Assembly: GCA_964588145.1 (NCBI GenBank)
Contig: CAZPNL010000002.1
Location: forward strand, 4,014 to 68,013
DNA length: 64,000 nt
Source of the DNA: an uncultured Gammaproteobacteria bacterium
GTDB taxonomy: Bacteria > Patescibacteriota > Microgenomatia > UBA10105 > UBA927
Reading direction: 5' to 3'
The notes below the pieces were generated by a model. That model made no database searches. It was given only the letters and a program-made list of their open reading frames with translations, and was not told the DNA's origin. The translations under genes were made by a program, and so were the position numbers. Within the stretch, counting starts at the first letter, position 1. Every line of letters begins with the position of its first letter. Positions 9,487 to 18,658 of this stretch are shown in pieces.

Positions 9487-11169
9487 ATGAACACATGGAT
9501 TCTTAAAAAATTTGGTGCAAGAAAATATTTTTATATATTTCTTATGTTGCTCTTGCTGGGTGCAATATTTCGTCTTTATGCTCTTGCACGCGTACCACCG
9601 TCTGGCTCACTAGATGAAGTTTCCTTAGGCTATAACGCATATTCGATACTCAAAACCGGGAGAGACGAGTACGGATATCATCTGCCAGTGCTTCTGCGTG
9701 CCTATGACGACTGGAGACCTGCTTTATATGTATATATAGTTGTACCTTTTGTGCAAATATTTGGATTATCAGTATTTGCTGTACGTTTGCCCTCTGTGAT
9801 ATGTTCAATTTTTGTACTCATTTTTTCATACTTCATAGGTAAAGAAATATCTACTAGCATAAATGTTAAAAAACCAGCTATTTCAATTGTTGTTGGTCTA
9901 CTCACTATGGCAATATTGGCAATATCGCCATGGCACATATACATTTCTCGATTAGGTCATGAGGTAAATCTTGCTCTCCTTTTTACCATCCTTGGAGTAT
10001 ATCTATCTTTAATATGGAGTAGGCTGCAAAAGCCAAAGCATCTACTCGTATCGTTGTGTTTTTTGTCTCTTGCGTTCATATCTTATCAAAGTCAAAAAAT
10101 TGTCGTTCCCCTTTATATAGCAATATTTTTAATACTGCATTACAGGCAATTGATGAAACAATGGAAAACAGTGGGGGTATCGCTACTATGTGCATGTATT
10201 ATTGCTTTGCCTACTCTAATTGCTTTGGCCTCACCCGAGGGGATGTTAAGATTTTCAGGTACAAATGTATTTACCTCAGAACATCCTATGCTCATGGAAA
10301 GTCAGGCATCTTATAGCAAGGCACAAGCTGAGAAGAATATTTTCAATCGTGCAATATACAATAAATATGTGGCAGGGGCCAGGGTATTTGTGTCTCAGTA
10401 TTTGGCCCACACAAATCCCACATGGTTATTTATGGGGCAGGAAAAAGAAAATCACAAAGTGCCATGGATGGGGCTCATGTACACATGGGAATTTCCTTTT
10501 CTCATACTAGGTCTATGGTTGCTTTTGAGAAATGATAAAAAGCAAAAAAGTGCAGCACTTATTTTGTCACTGCTTGCCATTTCCATAATTCCTGCTGCAA
10601 TCACAACTCAGGTGCCGCATGCCATGCGAATTTATACAGTGCAACCATGGCTTGAAGTGTGCACTGCTCTGGGTGTGATACAGGGGTTTTTGCAATTGAA
10701 AAAACCTATATATAAAAAAGTTGGAATCACTGTAGGTATGTTGATATTTGCGGTTTCAGCGGGGGTATTGACGCAGCGCTATTTTGTAGATTTTCCACGC
10801 TTTCACTCAGGATCTTTCCAATATAGTCTTCAAAACGCACTGGCTTATTCACAAAAAATAGATAGTTCGTATGATAAGGTGATCGTGTCTGGTCAGGATA
10901 ACTTGAGTCAATCGTATATGTTTTATTTATTTAATACGAAATATGATCCTTCTAAATATATTTTAAATGGTGGTACAAAATCAGGTGGCTTTGCCCAGGA
11001 GCATGTCATAGGCAAATACGAATTTAGACCCCTCAACGTCGTGGGTGACCGTAAAAAAGAAAATACATTACTTATTGGGAATGCGACAGAGCTGGCGAGT
11101 TTTCAGCCTCTGGAGACTTTTGATAATTTGGATGGCACAAACGCTATACGTATCGTCGAGTCATGGTAA
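9487..11169 (+). CDS. GT39/ArnT-like membrane glycosyltransferase, paralog 3
   Basis: 560 aa. 'SGSLDEVSLGYNAYSILKTGRDEYGYHLPV', 'WRPALYVYIVVPFVQIFGL' and 'ISPWHIYISRLGHEVNLALLF'. The C-terminal 'YMFYLFNTKYDPSKYILNGGTKSGGFA' parallels paralog 2. Confidence 0.8.
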   Translation: MNTWILKKFGARKYFYIFLMLLLLGAIFRLYALARVPPSGSLDEVSLGYNAYSILKTGRDEYGYHLPVLLRAYDDWRPALYVYIVVPFVQIFGLSVFAVRLPSVICSIFVLIFSYFIGKEISTSINVKKPAISIVVGLLTMAILAISPWHIYISRLGHEVNLALLFTILGVYLSLIWSRLQKPKHLLVSLCFLSLAFISYQSQKIVVPLYIAIFLILHYRQLMKQWKTVGVSLLCACIIALPTLIALASPEGMLRFSGTNVFTSEHPMLMESQASYSKAQAEKNIFNRAIYNKYVAGARVFVSQYLAHTNPTWLFMGQEKENHKVPWMGLMYTWEFPFLILGLWLLLRNDKKQKSAALILSLLAISIIPAAITTQVPHAMRIYTVQPWLEVCTALGVIQGFLQLKKPIYKKVGITVGMLIFAVSAGVLTQRYFVDFPRFHSGSFQYSLQNALAYSQKIDSSYDKVIVSGQDNLSQSYMFYLFNTKYDPSKYILNGGTKSGGFAQEHVIGKYEFRPLNVVGDRKKENTLLIGNATELASFQPLETFDNLDGTNAIRIVESW

Positions 11170-11173
11170 TAAT

Positions 11174-12856
11174 ATGAATCCAAAAAACGTTGTAAAAAGC
11201 CTAGCTTCTACCCCGTCAATAAAGACACATAATTGGAAGTTGTGGATTCTTCTTATAATTTGTTCTTTATTGCCATTATTTGCACTATTACAGCCCGGTC
11301 TACCCAAAACCCATGACGGTCAAGACCATGTCGCCAGAATTGCCAATTTTTATCAGTCGCTATCTGAAGGAAATGTAGTGCCGCGGTGGGGAGGAAATCT
11401 CAACTGGGGCTACGGACACCCTGTGCTCATGTTTTTATACCCCTTGCCCTCTTATGGGGCATCAGCGTTACATTTCTTAGGCTTTTCGTTTACTGACAGT
11501 CTCAAAGTGCTATTTGGAATTACGTTTGTAGCAAGTGTTCTTGCTATGTATCTATGGGTTCGGGCGCAGTGGAACATGGGTGTAGCCCTCATAGGAGCCT
11601 TGGTATACGGATTTGCTCCATATAGGTTTGTAGATTTGTATGTACGAGGGGCTATAGGTGAGCATGTAGCGTTTGTCTTTATACCACTCGTGTTGTTTGG
11701 GTTACTTCAATTGGCGCGAAGTCAAAAAAATCATATACAAGCCATGTGTGTTGTGATTTTTTCTGCAGCAGGGCTTGTGCTTTCTCACAATGCAGTAACT
11801 ATTATGATGATTCCAATATACGCGTTGTACTGGTTGTATTTGATCAATAAAGAAGCTGTCCGACCTGGGTATTTCGTAATTCAAAGCATTATTGCGCTTT
11901 CTCTTTCTACAGGAGTATCAGCTTTTTTTTGGGTGCCAGCGTATTTTGAAGGAAAATTTACACTTAGAGATATAGTTACAGCCGGAGAGTACGCCAGTAG
12001 ATTTGTATCATTTTCTGACTTTTTTGCATCAAATTGGAGTTATGGGGGGACAAATCTGTTGTCAAAGTCTCTGGGCTGGCCTATGTGGATAGGAATTGGC
12101 GCAGTACTTCTGGCATGGAAAAAATGTGAATCAAAAACAAAAATTCTTTTGTCACTTTTTGGTATCGTATTGGCGACATCGCTCTTTCTTATGACCAGTC
12201 AATCAGGACTGGTATGGCAAAAACTTACAATACTGCAAAAGTTTCAATTTCCTTGGAGATTTTTGATTGTAGCTACGCTCGCTGGTTCAGTACTGGCAGG
12301 TGTCTCATTGAGATATCTATGTGGAAATAACAAAATATATTATGCAATTTGTATACTTTTCACAGTATTTGTAAGTATCCCCACCTGGCAACCAGCGTCA
12401 TATCTTGTAAAGCCAGATTCTTTTTATACAAATGTATATGAAGGTACAACGGATACAGGAGAAAGCAGCCCCATCTGGTCAGTGCGATTTATGGAACACC
12501 CCCCAGATAAGCAAAGCGGAGTCATAAACGGTGAGGCCATCATAATTGAAAAGAAGCGCACATCAACAGTCCATGAGTATACAATCAGCTCTAAGGGGTC
12601 CTCACGCATAGTAGAAAATACCCTGTACTTTCCAGGATGGCGTGTATATGTAGATGACATACAAGCAGGATTACAGTTTCAAGATCCAAGCTATCGCGGG
12701 CTTATGACGTATCTTTTAGATAATGGGGTCCACAATGTGCGCGTAGTTTTTGAAAATACAGGTATACGAAAAATTTCAGAAACTGTTAGTATGATGAGTC
12801 TAGGAGTGATTGTGCTTATGGTTGTATTGAAAAAACAAATCAATCGCTTTCTATGA
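11174..12856 (+). CDS. PTPS-related/COG5617-like polytopic membrane protein (GT-C-like), paralog A
   Basis: Start moved to ATG 11174, 4 nt after the upstream stop. 'KTHDGQDHVARIANFYQSLSEGNVVPRWGGNLNWGYGHPVLMFLYPLPSY'. The C-terminal 'LYFPGWRVYVDD...VRVVFENT' is followed by a terminal TM helix. Confidence 0.65.
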   Translation: MNPKNVVKSLASTPSIKTHNWKLWILLIICSLLPLFALLQPGLPKTHDGQDHVARIANFYQSLSEGNVVPRWGGNLNWGYGHPVLMFLYPLPSYGASALHFLGFSFTDSLKVLFGITFVASVLAMYLWVRAQWNMGVALIGALVYGFAPYRFVDLYVRGAIGEHVAFVFIPLVLFGLLQLARSQKNHIQAMCVVIFSAAGLVLSHNAVTIMMIPIYALYWLYLINKEAVRPGYFVIQSIIALSLSTGVSAFFWVPAYFEGKFTLRDIVTAGEYASRFVSFSDFFASNWSYGGTNLLSKSLGWPMWIGIGAVLLAWKKCESKTKILLSLFGIVLATSLFLMTSQSGLVWQKLTILQKFQFPWRFLIVATLAGSVLAGVSLRYLCGNNKIYYAICILFTVFVSIPTWQPASYLVKPDSFYTNVYEGTTDTGESSPIWSVRFMEHPPDKQSGVINGEAIIIEKKRTSTVHEYTISSKGSSRIVENTLYFPGWRVYVDDIQAGLQFQDPSYRGLMTYLLDNGVHNVRVVFENTGIRKISETVSMMSLGVIVLMVVLKKQINRFL

Positions 12857-13707
12857 AACTGCCTATCTCAGTCGTACTGGCTACCTACAACGAAGCTACA
12901 AATATCACTCGCTGTCTTGAAAGTGTAAAGGATATAGCATCAGAGATAGTGATCGTTGACGGGGGTTCAACTGATGACACTGTAGCATTGGCAAAGTTGT
13001 TTGGAGCAAAAGTGATTAAAACTACAAATCCTCCAATATTCCACATAAATAAACAAAAAGCACTTGACGAAGCCAAATACGATTGGGTACTGCAGCTAGA
13101 TGCTGACGAGGTGGTAAGTGATGAACTAGCCCATGAGCTTGTACAGCTCTATAAACAGGGGATTGGGATAGCACAAAAACATATGAAGCTACCCCCACTC
13201 TTTGCAAGGCACATGAAGCTTCTTGAAGCTCGGGATGGAGCTATAGGGGATAAATCTGGCAACATCGTTGCATACTTTATACCGCGAAAAAATTATTTTT
13301 TAGGAGGTCCTATTACACATGGGGGAACCTATCCGGATGGAGTCATACGTCTTGTCAATCGAAAGCACGTGCATTTTCCTTGTAAAAGTGTACACGAACA
13401 AATAGTTATATCTGGAGACGTAGCATGGTGTAGCGGCGCACTACTTCATTATTCAAATCCAACGCTGAATAGATATATTGCTGGCGCACAAAAATACACG
13501 GCACTACTTGCTATTGAAATGAAAAAAAATCCTGTTAAGCCATCGCCTATATCGTATCTTATGATTTTTCCTATGCAAACTTTTTTCGCACTCTTTTTTC
13601 GTCACAAAGGCTTTCTAGATGGGTGGAGGGGGCTTCTGTTTGCGTTTTTTTCAGCATGTCATTTCCCATTCGCATATTTTACGTATCTTAAAACGAAACA
13701 CACATGA
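12853..13707 (+). CDS. Glycosyltransferase family 2
   Basis: 284 aa. 'ISVVLATYNEATNITRCL', 'IVIVDGGSTDDT' and 'VLQLDADEVV'. ATGA overlap with the upstream gene. Confidence 0.8.
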   Translation: MKLPISVVLATYNEATNITRCLESVKDIASEIVIVDGGSTDDTVALAKLFGAKVIKTTNPPIFHINKQKALDEAKYDWVLQLDADEVVSDELAHELVQLYKQGIGIAQKHMKLPPLFARHMKLLEARDGAIGDKSGNIVAYFIPRKNYFLGGPITHGGTYPDGVIRLVNRKHVHFPCKSVHEQIVISGDVAWCSGALLHYSNPTLNRYIAGAQKYTALLAIEMKKNPVKPSPISYLMIFPMQTFFALFFRHKGFLDGWRGLLFAFFSACHFPFAYFTYLKTKHT

Positions 13708-14231
13708 AGAAGTTTATTTTTGCATTATTGATATTTTTTGTTGCCTCAAATTATGTACATGCTGAGAGTACCTATGTGTTGCCCTATCCCGGGCCAATGC
13801 CTGGAAATGCATTTTATAAGGTAGGTCGCCTCACAGACACGCTATATAAATATTGGTATTGGGGCACGCTTGGCGGACTCAAATATGAGAGAAAGCTCGC
13901 TGACAAGTATTTAGTTGAGGCAAAAGTATTATTTGAATACAAACAATATGTTTTAGGACTCGATGCTCTTCATAGATCCGATGTACATGTACCAAATATT
14001 TGTTCATACTATGTGAAGGCAAAAAGCGCTCAAGTGCAAACTGAGGCCCTAAGAGCTGATGTGCAAGCAGAGCTTCTAAAGCATGAAGAGGTATTGATAG
14101 AATTGACACGCAGTCTTCCTGAGAGCTTTTACTGGCAAGACGAGTACAAGCCTGGGTCTCAACTGATGCTTGCTCAAGAGATACAGAAATCCCAAAAAAT
14201 TAGGTCAGATTGTATGCAAAATATACACTAA
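13704..14231 (+). CDS. Secreted hypothetical protein (DUF5667-like)
   Basis: 175 aa. Signal-peptide-like 'MKKFIFALLIFFVASNYVHA'. 'YVLPYPGPMPGNAFYKVGRLTD' and 'KLADKYLVEAKVLF' resemble DUF5667-type secreted proteins (recalled from memory). ATGA overlap upstream. Confidence 0.5.
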   Translation: MKKFIFALLIFFVASNYVHAESTYVLPYPGPMPGNAFYKVGRLTDTLYKYWYWGTLGGLKYERKLADKYLVEAKVLFEYKQYVLGLDALHRSDVHVPNICSYYVKAKSAQVQTEALRADVQAELLKHEEVLIELTRSLPESFYWQDEYKPGSQLMLAQEIQKSQKIRSDCMQNIH

Positions 14232-14233
14232 TT

Positions 14234-15349
14234 ATGTTCATACTTTCATTGATTGCAGCTTTAGTATTTCTGCTTTTTAGTTATTCATTTATAGATGCCA
14301 ATTTACTTTTGGCTACAGGAACTGCCTATACTTTGCTTGAGACTACCCTAACTCAGGCGATGAAGTCACACAGACTGGAAAGCGCGCTCTTGTATATAGG
14401 TTTTATAATACTTTTTTACAGCTTATATGTTTGGAGTTTAAAGCGCAAAAAATCCTGGTGTAGTAGGCGGCAATGTATCATTTTGCTTATTATTTTAACA
14501 CTGTCGTTTCCAGCGTTTACCTATGACATTTTTAACTACATACTCACAGCCAAAGTCGCATATCTCTATCATGAAAATCCATATATTGTAATGCCTATAG
14601 AAATTGCTCACGAGCCTATGCTTGCATTTACGCGAGCTGCCAACAAATTCGCTCTCTATGGCCCTACCTGGATATTGTCGACCTTTGTTCCATATATAAT
14701 TGGCGGAGGAAAGGTATGGGTTACCATAATAAGCTTCAAACTATTCGTAGGTGTTTTGTATGGGTGTGCTTGTTGGATATTGGTAAAATTGTCACACGAT
14801 AAAAAATCAGCGCTTCTATTTGCTGCAAATCCGCTCGTGCTTGTGGAAATATTTGTAAATGGTCATAACGATATAGCCATGATGTTGCTCGTACTGGTGG
14901 CATATTTCTTGAGTCGAAAAATAGCTGGTCTTAAAGGCTTAATTGCGGCACTACTTTTTCTCTTTTTGTCCATTTTTGTAAAAGGAGCAAGTCTTGTGCT
15001 TATTCCTGTTTATTTCTTTTTTCGAAATGATGAACAAAAACTATATGTATGGTCTTTTCTTGCGATGTTTTTTGTATTTCTTCTCACACCTTTGCGGGAG
15101 GAGTTATATCCCTGGTATGCGGTGTGGTTTTTGGTGTTTGTGCCACTTTTAAGTAAAAAGTACATGTATCTCCGAAATGCTGCAGTTGTCCTTTCGTTTG
15201 GTTTACTTCTGAGGCATGCTCCATACATAGGTATGGGTTATTATGAGGGTCCAGGTCCTATGTTGCGACTGGTATGTACGCTTTTGCCGATAAGTATTTT
15301 TACAGCAATATACATACTAAATAAAAAAATTCGAAATCATTTGCTCTAG
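14234..15349 (+). CDS. Polytopic membrane protein, DUF2029/GT87-like (GT-C-like)
   Basis: About 371 aa and hydrophobic throughout. 'VEIFVNGHNDIAMMLLVLVAYFLSRK' is a GT87/DUF2029-like motif. Start is ATG 14234 (2 nt after the upstream stop); ATG 14210 is the alternative. Confidence 0.5.
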   Translation: MFILSLIAALVFLLFSYSFIDANLLLATGTAYTLLETTLTQAMKSHRLESALLYIGFIILFYSLYVWSLKRKKSWCSRRQCIILLIILTLSFPAFTYDIFNYILTAKVAYLYHENPYIVMPIEIAHEPMLAFTRAANKFALYGPTWILSTFVPYIIGGGKVWVTIISFKLFVGVLYGCACWILVKLSHDKKSALLFAANPLVLVEIFVNGHNDIAMMLLVLVAYFLSRKIAGLKGLIAALLFLFLSIFVKGASLVLIPVYFFFRNDEQKLYVWSFLAMFFVFLLTPLREELYPWYAVWFLVFVPLLSKKYMYLRNAAVVLSFGLLLRHAPYIGMGYYEGPGPMLRLVCTLLPISIFTAIYILNKKIRNHLL

Positions 15350-15351
15350 AT

Positions 15352-16938
15352 ATGAAGATGTTTAAAAAAATTACTCTACTTTTTATATCAATTATTCTTA
15401 TTTGTATTGCTGTGGCGCCACTGTTTGGAACAGCTTTTATTCCAACGCATGACGGGGAATATCACATCATACGATTTTGGCAATTTTATAAAAATCTAGA
15501 AACTGGCGTCGTGTTTCCACGTTGGGCGCCTGATCTTAACTCCACCTACGGCGTACCACTATTCACGTTTCAATATCCGTTATCAAATTACATCGGAAGC
15601 CTATACCATTTTTTAGGATTTGAGTTTACCCAAAGTGTGAGACTTGTGCTTGCAACAGGATTTATAGTTGCATGCTTAGGTTGCTTCATGTGGCTTCAAT
15701 CAGTTTCAAAAAATGTTCGTATTGCATCTTTTGCAACAAGTATATTTGCCATGGTGCCATACTGGTTTGTCGATCTGTATATACGTGGATCCGTGGGAGA
15801 AGTGCTTGCTATAGCCTGCGTCATGTGGGCTCTGTACTTTCAAGATGCCAAAAAGTATTGGTTACTTGCGCTCATGATTGGGCTACTGGTGATAAGCCAC
15901 AATATTCTGGCATTTGTTTTTGTGCCGATTTTTGCATTAAAATCAATAGTTTTTGATAAAAAGTCACTTCCATGGATTGCTCTTGGCATCCTGTCAGCAT
16001 CTATATTTTGGATTCCGGCACTTGCTGAACGTGCATATGTTTCTGATCTAAGTCCTGTGGATGTGGCAGATCATTTTCCAACTATTTTACAACTCATATT
16101 TCCTACATGGGGAAGTGGTTTTTCCCAGCCTGGCTCTCCTGACGGTGAGATGTCGCAGCAGATTGGAATCATGCCGTTGTTGCTATTGGGTATTTCTTTG
16201 CTAATTCTTTTTAATCAGAAAAGCCAATTCCAAAAAAATTCACATCTGGTATTTTATCTTATTATTGCTTTTGTGAGTATCTTTTTTATGACCGAATATG
16301 CACTTCCCATTTGGAAGTTTTTACCGATGGTAAGCTATATACAATATCCATGGAGATTGATGTCAATATTGCTTCCCGTCACAGCCTATATAGCGGCGAA
16401 CGTATTTGAACGAATGCACGTATCGATTCAGGGAATTATTGCAATTTTGGCATGCGTGCTGTCATTCACATATATGCAGCCTGTAGTTTATCAACCACGG
16501 AGTGATACGCATTATTTAACCCAAGACAATTTTATTCATGGCACATCTTCACTTGGAAATTCATTCTCGACTAAATGGCTACCCTATGTGGGAGTGGTAC
16601 CAGATAAAATTGCAACACTAGAACAACAAGTAGGAGATATAACTATGCTCACACTTGAACCAACTAGGATTGTATTTCAGGTACATACGCCCATCCAAAA
16701 TGAAATGATTCTGCAGAAATCATTTTATCCTGGATGGAAGGCATATATAAATGCTGCGTCTGTTCCTATACATTTTGAAGATGGTCGCATGCACATCTCA
16801 GTTCCAGTAGGGGTGTCTGTTGTCATGGTGCAATTTGAGGATACTCTTCTTCGGACGCTTTCAACTATACTTACGCTCGTCACTTTATCTACAATCATAG
16901 GATCAGGTATACTAGCTGAATATGCGCATAGGATTTGA
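15352..16938 (+). CDS. PTPS-related/COG5617-like polytopic membrane protein (GT-C-like), paralog B
   Basis: 528 aa. 'PTHDGEYHIIRFWQFYKNLETGVVFPRWAPDLNSTYGVPLFTFQYPLSNY' aligns with 11174..12856. The C-terminal 'SFYPGWKAYINAASVPIHFEDG...' is followed by a terminal TM helix. Confidence 0.65.
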   Translation: MKMFKKITLLFISIILICIAVAPLFGTAFIPTHDGEYHIIRFWQFYKNLETGVVFPRWAPDLNSTYGVPLFTFQYPLSNYIGSLYHFLGFEFTQSVRLVLATGFIVACLGCFMWLQSVSKNVRIASFATSIFAMVPYWFVDLYIRGSVGEVLAIACVMWALYFQDAKKYWLLALMIGLLVISHNILAFVFVPIFALKSIVFDKKSLPWIALGILSASIFWIPALAERAYVSDLSPVDVADHFPTILQLIFPTWGSGFSQPGSPDGEMSQQIGIMPLLLLGISLLILFNQKSQFQKNSHLVFYLIIAFVSIFFMTEYALPIWKFLPMVSYIQYPWRLMSILLPVTAYIAANVFERMHVSIQGIIAILACVLSFTYMQPVVYQPRSDTHYLTQDNFIHGTSSLGNSFSTKWLPYVGVVPDKIATLEQQVGDITMLTLEPTRIVFQVHTPIQNEMILQKSFYPGWKAYINAASVPIHFEDGRMHISVPVGVSVVMVQFEDTLLRTLSTILTLVTLSTIIGSGILAEYAHRI

Positions 16939-17971
16939 CGATTCACCGCTTCGCACAGGTCATGCAGGTCGTGGGATTGGGTATTATACCCGGTATCTCC
17001 TAGATGAACTTGAAAAAATTCCTGATATTCAGATAGTCAAATTTTCAGGAGATCCAAACAAATGTGAGGACGTAGATCTCGTGCATATACCATATTTTGA
17101 TGTCTATAAGCGTTCGTTGCCAATTTTAAAACGCTTCAAAACTATTGTCACGATACATGATCTTATTCCTATTGCCTATAATGAACATTTTGCACCCGGC
17201 ATACGTGGGTCGATCAGTTGGCAGATGCAGCGACAATCAGCGCAGGGATGCGCACATATTATTACTGATTCTGATGCATCCAGGCGGGATATAGTACGAT
17301 TTGTAGGAATCAATGAAAAAAAAGTAACGTCCATCCTCCTCGCGCCTGGTCCTCAATTTAGTCGGGCTATATCTGCGGAAAACATGCAAAAAGCTGCGAT
17401 GTATAATTTGCCTGCGTCATATTTTTTATATGTTGGGGATATCAATTGGAATAAAAATGTTTTAGGTCTCATAGATGCGTATGCACAGTTGGATGAAGAA
17501 GTGCGCAATCGGGTACACCTGGTATGTATTGGTGTCGCATTTACCCATACTGAGTTAGCTGAAATGGTGCAAATAAAAGCTCGCATAAAACAATATCAAT
17601 TAGAGGAATTTGTCCATATGCCAGGCAGAGTTGATGATCTGGCGCTTCCTGCAATCTATGCATCCGCACTTTGTCTCGTGCAGCCGTCATTTGCCGAAGG
17701 TTTTGGGTTGCCTGTGCTCGAATCAATGGCAGCAGGGTGCCCTGTTGTCTGCACCACACAAACGAGCCTAGCTGAAATCGCAGGACCAGCAATTACGGTA
17801 AATGCGCAGCCAGATGACATTGCCAGAGGAATGGGCCAAATTTTAGCGCAATCTGAGCTTGAACGTCAAAAAATGATACAATCAGGTATTGCGTGGGCGT
17901 CAGCTTTTACTTGGAAAAAAGTAGCTCAGGAGACAGCCGAGGTATATAAAAAAGCATTGGATCTGATATAG
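16922..17971 (+). CDS. Glycosyltransferase family 4 (GT-B, group 1)
   Basis: 349 aa. 'MRIGFD' start and E-x7-E region '[24 protein letters not shown]'. Confidence 0.85.
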   Translation: MRIGFDDSPLRTGHAGRGIGYYTRYLLDELEKIPDIQIVKFSGDPNKCEDVDLVHIPYFDVYKRSLPILKRFKTIVTIHDLIPIAYNEHFAPGIRGSISWQMQRQSAQGCAHIITDSDASRRDIVRFVGINEKKVTSILLAPGPQFSRAISAENMQKAAMYNLPASYFLYVGDINWNKNVLGLIDAYAQLDEEVRNRVHLVCIGVAFTHTELAEMVQIKARIKQYQLEEFVHMPGRVDDLALPAIYASALCLVQPSFAEGFGLPVLESMAAGCPVVCTTQTSLAEIAGPAITVNAQPDDIARGMGQILAQSELERQKMIQSGIAWASAFTWKKVAQETAEVYKKALDLI

Positions 17972-17974
17972 CGT

Positions 17975-18658
17975 ATGAAAAAATTAAGTATTGTTATCCC
18001 TGTATATAATGAAGAAAATACAATTGGTGATGTCCTGTCAAAAGTTGAATCTGCAGACACTCCTGGCTATAAAAAGGAGATTATCGTTATAAATGATGGT
18101 TCAACTGATGGCACCAAAAAAGTTCTAGAAAAGTGGGTAAAAAAAATCGTTTTTATAGACAAGTCAAATGGCGGTAAGGGCTCAGCCTTGCAAAAAGGAT
18201 TTGAAAAAGCCACAGGGGAAATTGTCCTTATACAAGACGCAGATCTTGAGTATAGTCCGGATGATTATCCAAATCTGCTTAAGCCATTTGAACACGCGCA
18301 GGTTGATGTGGTTTATGGCTCTCGGTTTCTCGGAGCGCATTTATCAACAGTATTTGTGTACACGTTTGGGAACAAACTTGTAACTTTACTGACCAATCTT
18401 TTGTACAACACAAACCTGACAGACATGGAGACAGGCTACAAAGTGTTTAGAAAAAAAGTACTTGATGGGATACGCATACAATCAAAATCATTTGATTTTG
18501 AGCCAGAAATTACTGCAAAGATTTTACGAAGGGGATATCAAATATACGAAATCCCCATTACATATTTTGGACGCAAGTTTTCCGAAGGAAAAAAACTTAC
18601 ATGGAAAGATGGCATAAGTGCCATAATTGCTCTGATTAAATTTAGATTATTAGAATAA
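17975..18658 (+). CDS. Short GT2, polyprenyl-phosphate sugar synthase-like (DPM1/GtrB/ArnC-like)
   Basis: 227 aa. 'LSIVIPVYNEENTIGDVL', 'IIVINDGSTDGT', 'VLIQDADLEYSPDDYPNLL' and 'DMETGYKVFRKKVL'. No obvious C-terminal TM segment. Confidence 0.7.
   Translation: MKKLSIVIPVYNEENTIGDVLSKVESADTPGYKKEIIVINDGSTDGTKKVLEKWVKKIVFIDKSNGGKGSALQKGFEKATGEIVLIQDADLEYSPDDYPNLLKPFEHAQVDVVYGSRFLGAHLSTVFVYTFGNKLVTLLTNLLYNTNLTDMETGYKVFRKKVLDGIRIQSKSFDFEPEITAKILRRGYQIYEIPITYFGRKFSEGKKLTWKDGISAIIALIKFRLLE

Noticed and set aside
11045-11173. The ORF track gives upstream-extended starts for several genes: 11045, 27714, 39230, 50117, 51611, 57184, 21723, 23993, 30172, 35040, 47542 and 48346.
   Set aside because: The extensions overlap the preceding gene by 30-190 nt, or use TTG/GTG, and encode non-homologous N-termini. 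Downstream ATGs fall in ATGA/TAATG overlaps or a few nt after the upstream stop, and they align with paralog N-termini. I used those downstream starts.
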